This document shows, piece after piece, positions 13,942-30,542 of a DNA stretch of 64,000 nucleotides. The DNA lies in assembly GCF_009914755.1 (NCBI RefSeq), contig NC_060947.1; one strand, 5' to 3'. The position numbers and the translations under genes were made by a program. Source of the DNA: the human T2T-CHM13v2.0 reference genome, Homo sapiens. The notes beneath the pieces were generated by a model. That model ran no database searches, was not told the DNA's origin, and saw only the letters and a program-made list of their open reading frames with translations. Within the stretch, counting starts at the first letter, position 1. Every line of letters begins with the position of its first letter.

Positions 13942-14549
13942 TGTTGGAGCTCAGAAAACTACACCCGAAAATATGGTATTTTGACATGTTGAACTAAAGA
14001 AGCTGCCTCAAGGTCTCTCTGACCTTCCCCCATTCCTGTCCCTCAAGCCTCTGTCTCTCTGAAAGCATAGGATGAGGCTGTTCTCTGAAGTACCTTTTTC
14101 TACCTAGTAACCAGATCCCCAAAGAGGAATTGCCTTAGATCCCTTCCCTGAAATTTTGTTAAATAGAGAAGATTAAAATTTATATCACAGAGGAAAAGAC
14201 TGAAAATTAAACACCACACCTAGAGCACAATGAACTTCAAACTTTGTCCCAAACCATTGTTTGTTCTCCAGTCCTATTCGATTTCCAAATAGAATCACTC
14301 ATAAGATAATGTCTGCCTCCCAGGTCCATTCATTTCCCCCTAAAAATCATTTACTCCTACACTCCCATCTCCCTTATCCTATGAAGAAGGGTCTATAAGC
14401 ATCTGGACCTCATTGGGGTATTGGGTAATCATTCCCCTGCAATGTTAACTAAACTTTGTATGCCTTTTCTCCTATTAATCTGCCTATCATTGGTTCATTT
14501 TCAGTAAACCTTCAGAGGGCAGAAGGGAAGTTTTCTCTTAGCTTCTACA
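13942..14549 (+). mobile_element. ERV1 solo LTR, MER39/MER34 family
   Basis: Starts TGTTGGAGCTCAGAAAAC...AAAATATGG and ends TTTTCAGTAAACCTTCAGAGGGC...CTACA. Perfect 4-bp TSD ATAG. Confidence 0.88.
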
Positions 14550-14689
14550 ATAGCATGGGTTAATGTTTGTTTGTTTGTTTGTTTTTTACATTGGGCCTGT
14601 GTCTATGCTAAAAGAAAAAGAGAAACTAAGGTTTTTGTGTGTCTAATGTGTGGTATGTGTGTGCACATGTACATGTGTGTATATACATA

Positions 14690-14900
14690 CACCTGTCTCA
14701 TATTATCTCCTTCAACAATTTTGTGAGAGTTGTTATCCCAATTGTATATACAAGGAAAACTGAGTTTCAGAGAGCAAAATGATTTGCCTAGATTTACACT
14801 TGTAAGAAGTTACATTGTTTTTTTCTTTTTTGAAGTTACATTGTTAAATTTGAGCTCAGGGTGGTTTATCTTCAAAGCTAAAGTTGTTTTCATTATTATT
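14690..14900 (-). mobile_element. MIR SINE
   Basis: ATTATCTCCTTCAACAA...GGAAAACTGAGTTTCAGAGAG...GATTTGCCTAG core-like sequence. Confidence 0.7.
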
Positions 14901-14994
14901 CTGCCTCCTCACCTTTCCAGTGCCAGGGCCCCAGTGGGGTGTGAGCTGGGGGGATTGTGGTCTAGAAACAATGGGATTAAATTTTTGATTAATC

Positions 14995-15370
14995 AGCTGA
15001 GTGTATTCAATAAGCACTTAATATTTAGTAAAACATTTCATACATACCGTATTGGATGCTGTGGGGATAGAGAGAAGATCAAGAGAAAGTCCCTGACTGC
15101 TAGGAGTTCACAATCTCATAGATGAAAAAATACCCATTGAACAAAATTCTGTTTAGAAAAAAAAAAAAACCTTTATCTGACAAAGATCTGTGTAGGTTTT
15201 TGAGGAAAGAAGATAGAGGTTGATTCTGACTGAAATTGTTGGAGAGGCCATTGTGGAGAATGTATAATTTTAGTTGGGTTTCAATGGGAGGATCAGATAT
15301 TTACAAGTAAACACACAGATAAAGAACCTTCCAGGCTAGGGGAAAGAGACAGGTGGGAGAACCCTGTATG
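14995..15370 (-). mobile_element. L2 fragment
   Basis: ATTCAATAAGCACTT...AAGTCCCTGACTGCTAGGAGTTCACAATCT, antisense L2 3' region. Confidence 0.6.
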
Positions 15371-15911
15371 TATGTGTGGAAGGGATTTTCTCTGGAGCCC
15401 AGCACCATTGGGTGAGTAGTGTTGTGCTCACAAAATTCTGCTTAGAGAGGTGCTGTCTTGGTCTCATACTATGCCTGGAGTACAAACCATCCATAAATGA
15501 GTAAGACTCTCGGGCTCAGTGATGTCAGTACTTGGAGCCTTCAACTTTTGTGATCAAAAGCTCATGGCAGTGGCCCATAGACCTCTTCCCTTTTGACTCA
15601 ATGGATTGTCACAGGCTCATGATTCAATAAAGACACTATGTATCTTTTTTGTGCCATCTTGATTGCCATCGAGAATGGTTATAAAAGGTAAAACACACAA
15701 TTATAAGTCATTCAACAAGGCAGAGTATATAATTCCACAATTGATTTTCTTGAAAGTTCATAGAAAATGTTCTTTGGGGTAAATATGTATGTGCCCAGAC
15801 ATTTCATATCATCAACAGAAGTCTCTGAGCAAAAGTCAACATGAAGGAAAAGAGATCTGGCTTGTTTAGATAAAAAAAATTCTGATTGCTCTTTTAGCTG
15901 CCTCTCTAGAG

Positions 15912-16160
15912 ACAATAGGATGTTTTGGAAAGAGCATACGCTTTGGAATCATTTAGCCATGTGTTTAAATGCAAGTTAATATCTCTGTGATCTTGAACAA
16001 GTTACTTTACCTCTCTGAGCCTCATTTTCTTTATCTGTAAAATGAGGATAGTAAGACCCACCTGCTAGGTTGCTGTGAGAATTAAAATAGATAACACATA
16101 CATGGTATCTGGATCTGTGCAAGTTACATAGTAAATCCTCAACATATAATATTGTTATTT
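15912..16160 (+). mobile_element. MIR SINE, near full length
   Basis: TGTGATCTTGAACAAGTTACTTTACCTCTCTGAGCCTCATTTTCTTTATCTGTAAAATGAGGATA is the MIR core. Confidence 0.9.
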
Positions 16161-16209
16161 TGATGATATTTAATCAAATTTTTTCAGCAGAAAAATTGTC
16201 CCCCCATTT

Positions 16210-16400
16210 GATTGTAATGTACATGAAACCTAGAGACCATGCTTACGTTATCTAGCACCTAACATATTGCATTGATATAGTAGGTACTCAGTTAATATTT
16301 GTTGGATGGATGGATGGACAGATCAATGGAAAGAACAGCATTTAACAAAGTGCCTGACACCAAGTTGTCACTTCATACTTAATTGTTAAATTGACTTGCA
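16210..16400 (+). mobile_element. L2 3' end fragments
   Basis: ATAGTAGGTACTCAGTTAATATTTGTTGGATGGATGG tail. Confidence 0.65.
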
Positions 16401-18129
16401 ACTAGCCTGATTGGGTAAGAGAGAGGGAAACAGAGGGACCAGAACTTTCAAGTATCCTTAAGATTCATATTGGATCTTTTCTTCATCAATCTTTGTGAAT
16501 ACAGGGTTATAAGTTTGCCCTCTCCATCTTTTAGTGTCCTGGTCCACAGTCCTGTCCAAAACAGAAGTTAAACAAAGAGTCAAAGGCTAAATCCTCAATT
16601 GACAGAGTAAAAACTGGCCACAAGGTTTTCCCTTTAAAGGCAATTTCTTGCTGCCAAGTTCTTAAAAGGAGCATCTCCTGGGAGGCAGAGAGGCCAAGTT
16701 GCTCACTGGTTACACTAAGCCTCAAATATAGCTTTGGTCAGATCATGAGACACCTGAAACTTGCTTGTCGTCCAACAGAGAGGAAAGGATAATCTTGTGT
16801 TCCAACAGAGAAAAAAGGATAGTGTTTAGTTTGTTTTAAATGAAAATATAAATCTCTACTTTGGAGGCTGTTTCTTTCCCTTTGCCCTTTCTATAGTTTG
16901 AAACCAAATCCTTAACACTTATTTTATGCTCACTGTACCAGTTAATATTTGCATAAAAGGTTCAGCCTTCCATAAGACCTAGCTTTGTGTTTTCATTTAG
17001 CACATATTTACTGAGCATCCTCTTATGACCTAGCACTCTTCTACTGGCTCACACAAGTTTGCTGAATGTATCTTTCTGGCTAAATGGCATCACAGTTTTT
17101 GTGTACTAAATTTGACTCCAAGACTTGTAGAGATGTTTCCATCTTATTCATGTAAGAGTGGGCAGCTGCTTCAATAGCCGCATTAGAGGATATGAAAAAC
17201 GGATTTACTCTAAGACATTTCTTTTTCCATTCTCATGTTCAAAATCTCTATCCTTAACATCACCAACACACCAATAGGCTATTAGCAAAGGAGGGAGCAT
17301 TATCTTCCTTTTAGAAAGCCCCAGTTGACAAAAATATGTTTTATCATTCCTATTGGCATAGTGGCCAAGGTTCCCTGGTCTACTGAGCTGGGTGGAAGCT
17401 TGGGCTCTGAAGGGCTTCTGCTCACTAGGGCAAGATGATTCATGCCATCTGAGTGGGGAGCTGGAGGATAGAATACTTGAGTGAGTTACTGTGAGATAAA
17501 GGAATGAAAAAGATGCTCATAGGGAGGAGCCAGAGACAAATATGCTCTGCTCCATAATTTTGCCTCCAGAAGACCCTGTGAATGAGTTCGAGTTCCTCTT
17601 GCAGAAAGGCAAAATGTAGTCTGCATAACTTCATGCCAAAATTTAATGAAATCCATGTCTTGGAACCATTGTCTGCTATTTTGTTTGAATTGATTTTTTG
17701 TTACTGTTGTTTGCTTGCTTGTTAATGATGTAAGTGGATTAGTGGTGCTCTCCTTACAGAGATCATAAGCATTATCCCCTAAACTTCAGAGGTCAGCGTA
17801 TCCCTAATAAACAATCAAACTCTGCTAAACATCTTCTCAGGTCTAGAAGAACCTCTCAAAGTTCTAAGGAGAAAATTTTCCTTAATCTGGGATTTAACTG
17901 TATAAACTGAGAGACTGAAAATGGGCATGACTTATCCTCTATTATCAACCTGTTCACCTTATCCCATCTTCCTTGTCACAGCTTTAAGGGGTATAAAAAG
18001 GTCAGAGTACAGGACAGAGAAAGGGAGAGAAAGCCAGGAGAGAGAGGGAGTAGGGAAAGAAAGAGAGAGACAGATTAAAGGGACAAGATAAGGAGTGAGA
18101 ACCAAGAAAAGGAGGAGGGCTTTGAAGCT

Positions 18130-18400
18130 ATAATTTGTTATATGCCAGGCTTTGTTAAAGGTTCAGATGACATAGCCATGAACAAACAAAATAGGCACAA
18201 CCCCTGCCATGATACAGTGCACAGTGCAGTGGAGGAAGATAGACAGTAAGCAAGATAATGGAGTGAAACACATAATAAGTCAGTGTTAACTGCAGTGGCA
18301 AAAAATAAATTCGGCCAGGGGAATAACAAGCATTGACCAAGGGCTTGTTCTTTTAGGTATAGTCAACAATGAAGGTGTCCCTGAGAAAGGGATATTTGAG
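18130..18400 (-). mobile_element. L2 fragment
   Basis: TATATGCCAGGC...GACATAGCCATGAACAAACAAAA...CCCTGCC. Confidence 0.65.
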
Positions 18401-18744
18401 TCACTTTCTCAGTCATTTCTTAACTCATAGTTGTTGATCAGGGTGATGGCATGAAATTCACTGTGGTGGCATAAAATTCCAGGATGTGAGTTGATGAGGC
18501 CCATGGAAACAACAATTCCTATGATGACAAGGGTCCTGAGAGGTCATTTCCACCAGTCTCTGCATTTGCATGTGGTGGTAAGTGACTTGCCCAAGCACAT
18601 AGGCAAGTAAGGAACAAAGCTAAGAAAAGAAACTAACTTTTCTGACTCCCAGTCCAGTGTCTTTTCCATCTACTTAGGGGTACGAGGACACAGATTTTTT
18701 TCTCATGCCCTTCAAAAATGAAAAATATGGATATTGCTCCCTAA

Positions 18745-18872
18745 GTCAATTGTTCTCAACCTTGAAGATGTGAGTGAATCTCCTGGGAAGTATGTTGTAA
18801 ATAAAGATACCATGGTTCACCCCTAGAAAATTCTGATGCAGATAGCCCATGGGTCTCACGTTGAGAACCCCA
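18745..18872. mobile_element. MER5-type hAT MITE fragment
   Basis: TGTTCTCAACCTT...GAATCTCCTGGGAAG...TTGAGAACCC with inverted termini. Confidence 0.6.
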
Positions 18873-19149
18873 TCTAGGCCATTGGGCAGAGAAGTAGGGT
18901 TTTATCAGAGTTTTGTCTTGTCTTCTTCAGATCTCAATTCCTTGCCAAAGTTAGTTTTAAGTCATTCCATTCATCCAGTGAGTCTTGTCATATTTTGTTT
19001 AAACAAGTCACCATTCTTCTAATCTGTGTTCTCTTAGAATCTTTTCTCTTCATTGGGCATGTAAGCATCCAGATTAGAAATGTCTAGAGCATAGGGACTG
19101 TGAAAAAATATGTAGATGAAGCCTAAAAAGAGATTCAAAGGTGATAGAC

Positions 19150-21550
19150 GATAGAGGAAATTTAAGGTCAGGCCAAGAAATTCAGATTTGGGCCTATAGA
19201 AAATGAACATTATTTGTAGACTTTTCAAGAGAGAGGTGATGTTATCAGACTTGTTTTTTGGGGGACAATAAGTCAGGTAAGATTGTGTAGGATAGATGAT
19301 AGTGAGAAACTGGTGGCAGGAGGAAAGTAATTTTAGGAGGATATTTTAAGATTGCAGGCAAGAGGAGAAATGGGACTGTGGCTGTGGATGTGAGGATGAA
19401 AATTGAAGGGGCATAGGCATGCAAGCCATTGGAGATGTTTAAATCCACAGGGCTTGATGACTGATTGGCTCTGCATGGTGAAAAAAGATAAAGGAGTCAA
19501 AATGACTTCAAACTTTCTTCTGAGCTAGGAACAATTGCAGGAAGAGCAAGTTTGGCACAGGCAGATATAATGACTTTGGTTTGGGCCATATTAAGTTTGA
19601 AGTGTTGGTAAAATAACCATAAGGATGTGTGTATTCAAGAGAAGGATTAAGTGTAGAGATCTAGATATGGCACTGATTATTTCATAGCTGATAGTTCCTT
19701 TATTCCGCAAAATTTATTGAACACTTACTATGTTCCAAGTATTAATCCAGATGCTTAATGTACGTGAGTGTACAGACAAAATTCTCTGCTTTCATGGGGC
19801 TGACATTCTTGCAGGGATGAAGTAGGGAGGGGGTAGACACCAATAAACATAATAAATAAGTAAAATATAAGTTAGAACATAATAAGCGTTATGAAGAAAA
19901 CTGGTATCAAGGGAATGCCAATGATAGCCCAGAAAGAAAGAGATAGAAGTGTAAAATCCAGAGAGAAGGGTAAGGGCAAACTCGTTGGAGCATTGACATT
20001 AAGAATTTGATAGAGATATAACAGTGATTAATCAGCAGAAGAAATAAAAAGTGAAATAGGAAGGCTGAGAGAACCAGGGTGATTGGAGGAAAATGTTTCT
20101 GTCAGAGACTGAGCATCGGTGTCAAATGTTGCCAAGGGGTGAAATACATTGAGGGCATCTATGAGGCTATTGAGATTGAAAACTAAGAGGCTATTTGGTG
20201 GAGTTGCAAAGGCAGCTCCTAAGTGTGACATTGACTTTATATTAGGATACACACTTACAGGGAATTAATAAGAGAATGGATGATTTACAAAGTAGCAATA
20301 ATGAATAAGGGAATTATTTTTAATGTTTATAAAATAAAAAGTAAGGTTGAGATTGTACCTAGAGTGAATAAGAAGTAACATTATGAAGAGCATTTTTGGT
20401 TGAGGGCTGATGATTAGTGAGGGAAACATGAGAGTATGTGTTGGCTGAGAGAAAGGACCCAATGGGAAAGAAAAGTGTTACAATTTAAGAAAATGGAAAA
20501 TTGATGCATCAAGGTAGAATGAAGAGCATAACAGAGATTTATACTCTAAGGCTAATAAAATTGTTGGGATTAATTTTGAAATGAAGATATAACAGGAGAA
20601 AAGGAAAACAGATTGGATGAAGATAAGGAAAGACTTTGTGGTGGGAAGGAATGGGAACTGAGGACATTTATGTTTTATAATACGACAGTTTGAGAAGCAT
20701 AGAAAGGGTCAGAAAAGCATTTGTCAGGAAACAAATAAGAGCATTGAGCAGCAGTGTTGCAGGCCCAGCTGAAGGTCGATATGTGAGTATATAGTGGGGC
20801 CACTCAGAAGGATGAGTTGTCTGTGTGTGTGTGCTCACTAAGATCTTTATAGATGGGGAGGAGTAAAACAATAACTATGGGCGCACCCAGGATTGAGTTT
20901 AGCACAGTAGTCTCAGAAAAAGATGACATTAGAGAAAATGTATTATTATTGAGTTTAGAAGTGATTAACCATGGTCTCCTGAATGGGTAGAAATAGAGGT
21001 GAAAGCATCTGGTGGCAAGAATAGGGAGGTATACAAGGGCGGGAAGGTCCGATGTCCAATGGGGGTGGGAGCATATGTTTAGTGGGACTGAGGAAAAAGA
21101 GAGCTTGGAGTCTCTTGCAGACTGAAGTAAGGGAGGGAAATTTTGAGGTTTAAGAATTTAGAGTAAGAACAGTTTCAGGTGACAATAAGGTCATGATGTG
21201 GCCACTAAGATGATTGGTAAGGTAGAATACAGATGAAGGTCATTGGAATAAAGGGGATCAAGGCCAGTGTCATGAATGAGTTATCTACATGAAGGTTGAA
21301 GTTATTCAGGAGGTAAGGGGATCTGGTGGAAAGAAGATGGTAATCTGGATTTCAGAATGTTTAGTGAATGCAGTGGAAAGCCTGGGAGAGAGATCTGAAG
21401 ATGACTCTGAAAAGTTTATCAGTCAAATAATGAAGGCTTCAAAAGAGGAGGAGTTATTGATGAAAAGAAGCCTAGAAGAGTCTGGAATGGGGAGTCTGGA
21501 AACGCTTGCCAGTCTTTTTACCCCAGGATATATAGAGTGTGGATGAATGA
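19150..21550 (-). mobile_element. Long diverged L2 block, with a nested L2 3' piece at about 19695-19900
   Basis: Purine-rich antisense L2 motifs, e.g. GGAGTCAAAATGACTTC, TTAAGTTTGAAGTGTT, GTGTCAAATGTTGCC. Confidence 0.7.
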
Positions 21551-21564
21551 AGGAACTTTAGAGC

Positions 21565-21731
21565 TTTGCTAACTCAAGTGCGGCTTGTAAACCAACAGCA
21601 CCCAGTATCATCTGGGAGCTCATTAGAAATACAGAATCTCAGGTTAAACCTCTGACGCGCTGAATCAGAATCTGCATTTTATCAAGATTTGCAGGTGACA
21701 CATCTACACATTAAAGTTCAAAAAACACTGC
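21565..21731. mobile_element. MER5A hAT MITE
   Basis: CATCTGGGAGCTCATTAGAAATACAGAATCTCAGG...CTGAATCAGAATCTGCATTTT...CATTAAAGTTCAAAAAACACTG. Confidence 0.88.
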
Positions 21732-23839
21732 TAAAGTGGTTATGAAGGAAGTGTCCCTATCAGAAGAAAACTAAATTTTAATGAAGGGGTAATAGAAACT
21801 TTACAAGAGATGTGTTACCAAGGCCTAGGGGTGAGTGGAGCTGAACCAAGTAGAGAACTAACCAGTTATAACTGGAACTAAGGTGTGAACTTAAACTGCT
21901 TAAGAGTGGAATTGGGTGTGGTACATCCAGGCAGGTGATCTTTGTCTTGGTCTAGCTTCATGTGGTGGAGAAAACTGGGCTGGCTGTGGCTGTTCAGGTG
22001 GGTTGATGAGCCTTTTTGAAAGGCTCTTCTTAAGTAAGAAGAACATCTGTGCTCATCGTCTGTAGCTTGGGTTGTGGCTCATGCCTGGTGGAATTGCTTA
22101 TAATAACGAGGCTTCTTGCTGTGAAATTGAATTCATGTTGAAAGGCAATGTGAACATTTCCTGTTAGTTGATGAGAGGGAGTAAATCCTTCATGAGACGA
22201 TGTGTTTCGAGACCATAGCATGCAAGTTAAGTGTGCAGTGGTGTTGCCAACCCAAATCTTTAAAGGATTTTTGCCCCAGAGATTTTGAGCTGGGCCTGGG
22301 AAAAAGTTGACAATGACAACAAATGCCAGAAGACAAAGGTGCTTCAAGCTGAAAACTTGGCAAAGTTGCCTTTAGCTTTTCAGAGTTTTGTTCACTGCTT
22401 TTTCTTTCTGTATTTATTTCACTAGCCTTACCATTTCCCCTTCCAAATAAGAGGTGAATATTAATTTAGGCAATATTAATTAAAATAACCTGAAAGCTTA
22501 AAGCCATGGCTATAACATATACTGGCTGAACATATGTGCATGTAAAAGTATCAATATTGAAAGCCCCTGCTGTGAAAAGCCATAGCAAAGAATTTTTAGC
22601 AGACTTACTTCTGGGATCACTAATGATTAATTAGTGTGTATCATAATGTAAAGCAAATGTCACCCTAGCTACCTGGGGTTGCTGTCATTTGAGAGTGGAG
22701 CAATTTCCTGTTGATCACCAACAGTAAAATGAAAACTGCCTGCCATCTTGTGGAAGATGGTGGGTATCTCATGCCCAGGGAAAAAAGCAAGTGAGCCTTC
22801 TAGACCCTTCTTGCATGTTCTCTTGGAAGACAATAAATTTATTGTCTCTTGTAGAGAACCATAATAAGAATTAAAATGGAAAGAACACATTTCAATTAAA
22901 AATGCACAATTATGTTTCCTTTCTCATTATACATTTCGAAATCAGGGCATCTAAGTCTAAATAGTAAACAGAGTCTTTTCATCGGGTGGCCGTTCGTTGA
23001 AGAATTGTGATTTGGCCTGACCTGCTCAGTTTATTGGCTAGCCTCAAGAGAAATTGTAGCTGAATAAGTATTTCAGATCACTACCTGAGAAGCAAAGTAC
23101 AGGCTATGAAATGGTGAACTGAATGCCAAACCAGCAGTTCACGGATTTTTTGATTTAAGCAGGATTCTTAGAGCACTCAGGAGTTTAACCTGCTCCTGGG
23201 TAGCCTTTAAATGGTTCTGCCCAGGGCAGCCATCAGCTCAGTTGATTACTGTAACTCCCTCAATCCCAGGAAAATTTGTGTCCTGGGGAACAAATAGTTA
23301 TTTCCTAACTCCAATCACAATTGAGAAAACAATTGAACCAGTAAAGTGTTGCTTGGAGGAGACAGGTGAGCAGAGCAGTAGAGGGAATTGTTGTTTGGAA
23401 AGATCAGGAAAATAAGACTGTCTCCAAGTTCCTTAACAGGTGGTTTTTGTCAAATTGAGGTGGGGGGAGTTAAGTGGCTATTTCATTAAATTGATTGGTC
23501 AATTTAGTCAAAATGGACAATTTGGTAAGCTTGTATAGACCCAGTCAGAGTCGTTTTTGGAGGCTCTTTAACAACCCGGATCTAATCCAGTCTATGTGTC
23601 CAGTCCCTGGTAGTGAGTGTATTTTCTCTCTTTCTCTCTCTCTCTCTGTATCTAAGTATGTTTTTTATGTGTCTATCTATGTATTGACTTTAAATATCAA
23701 ATTTCACTTCCTGGTTTCAAGTACATATATCTATTTCTCACTTTCTTGCCATAGTACAGGAGCTGATTTAGTGAGATCAAAATTTATTTTAAAAATATGG
23801 TCTCCCACTACAACCATGCTTGACTAGCTTCGCATTTAT

Positions 23840-24154
<315 letters not shown>

Positions 24155-27100
24155 TTAAAATAAAAATAATACATCTCTGTTGATGGATGACTTGGGACAG
24201 TTTTCACGAGAACTTAAAATGATTTTTGCTATTTTGCAGCATATATTTTAATTGAAAGACATCCATGCACACTTTCCACAACAAATAATTATAGGGTAGT
24301 CAAACACAATAGAACATTCAAACATTTATTATTCAGTAACGAGGTTATATACGAACAGGAAGCCAAAACTTCTCCAATGGTTAGCTACTTGTAAAGGTAA
24401 CTCTATAATTAGGTACATTCTACAATTTCATATAGCACCTAGTTACTGAGTAAATATTCATGCAAGTGTCCAATTATTTTTGAATTGCCCTATATTGTCA
24501 CAGTTACATGATCAAAAATGAAAGGAATAAAAAATACTACATGCAAGCAGTAGAAAATAGATCATTTAGTGGCCTTTCCTTCATACTTTTATTTCATTTC
24601 TTTACTTGTGAGAATTCCAAAATGTATCCTCTTCTTGTAAATACTGACGCAAGCATTCTTATACCTACTAGTTAACCAGAACTGAAAACTACAACTCCCA
24701 AGAAGCTCAGCAGCATCCTGATACAATGATAGCTGGCAGTAAAGAAAACAGTTTAAATATTTTGTAGTGATATCATTCTCTCTTTGGATATGTGGCACAA
24801 GAGTACATTTTTTTTTGATACACAGTAAGCATAAAACCTGATAAGCAAGCTGAAATCAAACCAATGAAGGAAAGTTCTCATTTTCAATTATGCTCTTGAC
24901 AAGGTGTGTTTTATTTTGCTTTTTAATCGTTTATTTTTTAAGGATGTGAGTTTTAAATGTACACTCTTTTAAAATATGAATGTAACTATGTATTTTACCT
25001 ATAATAATACATGTCACCCGGGAGCATTTCAATTTTTTAAAGGCACTTAGAATTTCACAAAGAGTTGGAATTTTGAATACCAAAATAAGAATTCATGTTT
25101 TCCAGCTGAGATAAAGCTTTCTGATGGGTGGAATACATTACAGGTCCAAAAAATGCAGTGGTGAGAATAAATAAAATAAATTGCTTTCCAACTGCTGTCT
25201 TAGTTTTCTTTCCCCCAGCATTAGATGGTATGCATCATGTAATAAGAGCAAGTCCGTTAAGTGTTTTTGCTCTCTGTAATATCAGGCTGCTGGTGATGGA
25301 CAGAATTGTGTTATAAATAGGGAGTGGATGTGGAAGTTGTTGTTATAAAATCACTTTTTCTCCACTCATTGGAAAATAAGTTCACTTATAGTTATGCTAC
25401 CATGGGGTAGTTAAACTTTTAACTCATGGAAACATTCTATTAGACCTGACAATATTATGCATTTTATTTGTTTATTAACATAGTGCTTAAAACTACATGT
25501 TTGTTACTAAAGATTACACGCCAAACAGGAGATATACAGAAATAGCCTCCTTCTATATATGAAGGACAAGAAATGACAAATCCATCTGCAATTTAAATTT
25601 TCTTCTATAGGTATTATCTTAGGTCCTCTTTGTGTGTTTTCTCCTATTTTTCTTTGTGTTAGCTCTATCTTTCTTTGTTTTAGCTGGCTTGTGCAATATG
25701 AAGACTCTGCCTTGCTTATAGCTCCTCAGCGGAGGCAGCCTTAATAACATCAGTGTCATTTTGTTTCTCCTCCTGATGTGCCTTTGTTTGATAGGCAGTT
25801 TCATTTGGTGTCATTGTTTAGCTTAAGCAGTTGGCACCTGGGGAAGTCTATGGAAACCTTCAATTCGTCAAATCAGGACTGACTGGCAAAAATATCGCTT
25901 GCTGATACAGACAGTCCCATATTTGGTTACTCAAAAATTGAACATGTATTTCAGTCTTGATTGGAAAGGAAGTCTTTGAAAGACATGCAGCTGCCAAGGT
26001 AGGGGGAGGTGCAGAGAATGGCTGGAGAGGTTTAGGTGGGGAAATCTTCAAACAGAGATGACTTAAGGTATCCAATATTTGCAGTCTTTAAAAAGGGGGT
26101 ATTTGAGAAGTGACAAAGAGCCTGATACTTTACGGAAAAAGTGGACACTGATTATACAAGAGCCCTGATTATATAAATACTAAAAATTGACTCAATCAGT
26201 TGAGTATTTTCAATTCATGACATCAAACAACTGATCTGGCCATCTCCACCCCACCTCAAACCCTAAGGTGACGAAAAGGAATGGTTGTATATACAAACTT
26301 TTATCCCACTCTTCAGTGTCTCAGGTTTTATGCCGATGGCCACAGGTCAGGACATGGATGTAATTGCATCTAGCGACATCAATGTGCTTTTTGATTAATT
26401 TGGTTTTTGTTTATTTGTTTACTTTGTCAATTCAGACAAAAGATTCAGCAACTGAGCAGGAAAACATACCACTCAAACCAATCATTTGAGACTGTTGACT
26501 TCTTTCCATTTCCCGGAAAGTTCCACAAAACCAACTGCTCCAGCAGCACTACATAGACATAGCCTGATTGTATCACAGGTACCAAGCACAAAGACAGGAA
26601 TTGGAACTGGAATTTCATATTTGTTAGCAACAAATATTGACAATATGACTCGGTTGGCAGAGACTCTAAGGTTGATTTAGGTTCAATTTTTCATTCATTC
26701 AGCCACAATATCTCATCAGCATATACTATGTGGCAGTCACTCTGCTAAAGAGGAACAAGAAAGATCAATTCCTGGAATATAGAGGCATTAAAGAGGAAAA
26801 TTTCAATACAGTGTAATAAAAAAAAGTGACTCTGCTTTCCACCATGTGAAAAACTGCTTCCCTTCTTTAACCCCTGTTTTCTCTGGCAGGAGGGTTAGTG
26901 CTTGCTTTCTACACCTTCTCCCATCAGGTGATGCTTTGAAATTCCAAAATGTTCCAACAGTAACACTTCTATGCTATGTATCTGCACTTCACATCAACTT
27001 GAAACTGCCACCGAGTCTGGGAGCATACATGAAGGATTTCTCTGTGGCTAGTTCCACAAAGGAAATCAATTGTGCTCCAGTTCTGCACCTGTGGGATGGC

Positions 27101-27487
27101 TTTGCTTGTAGAATATACTCCTGCCTGTGAAGTGCAAAAGGACCTCTAATGGGCAGGCTTTCTAGCCACAGCTGGGGAGATACGTTTGCTCTTTCTCTTC
27201 TCCTGCATCTGCACAATGCATGCAGATACCCCAGCCACGTCTCCCCATTAAGCACAGCTTGAGACACTATAACAATCATTGCTACTTCAGAAGTCACCAA
27301 GTAGGTGTGCCCTAGTTTGTGTTGAAGTGTCAGCTCCAGGAGCAGTTTGACAAAGCAAAGAACTCCTCAATTCAGTCAATCAAAACAGAAAATATTGTCT
27401 TTGGCCAATTATAGAAGTAAATTGTCAACAGGATCATCTTCAATAAGATGAATTGCTCTCTATATCCCTGTATCTCTGTATTCTGTC

Positions 27488-27537
27488 TCACACACACACA
27501 CACACACACACACACTCTTACACACACATAAACACAC
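27488..27537. repeat. (CA)n microsatellite, interrupted
   Basis: Read directly. Confidence 0.93.
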
Positions 27538-27639
27538 TCAGATTTTTCCTTGAAGACTGTGAAACCTTCCTGATTTGGCCCTCAGTAATCTCTTCCTCTG
27601 ACCCATTTATTGTCCAACTCACTACTAGACAGTTTGACT

Positions 27640-28835
<1,196 letters not shown>

Positions 28836-29213
28836 TAGATGCTATGTAGAAAGCACAATTATGCATAGAATTGATGTTTAAAAAAGAAAATTAGATTAAT
28901 AAATAATCTGAACAATGCATATGGAAATGTTGTTTCAAAGTAAGAATTTCCTTCTGTTTTGGTAAAGTATAGCAGAAAAAGCCAGAAGATAAACTGCAGT
29001 GGTTCACCACTGATATAGTTTGGATTTTTGTTCCCTCCAAATCTCATGTTAAAATGTAATCCCCAATGTTGGAGGTGGGGCCTGGTGGCAGTTATTGGAT
29101 CATGGGGTCAAACCCCTCATTAATGTCTGAGTTCCATCCACTTGGTGATGAGTGAGGTCTTGCTCAGTTCATTCACATGAGCTCTGCTTGCTTATTTATT
29201 TATTTATTGTTCC

Positions 29214-30542
<1,329 letters not shown>

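Noticed and set aside
25590-25700. Polypyrimidine-AG stretches resembling splice acceptors
   Set aside because: No paired donor or coding frame can be supported from sequence alone.
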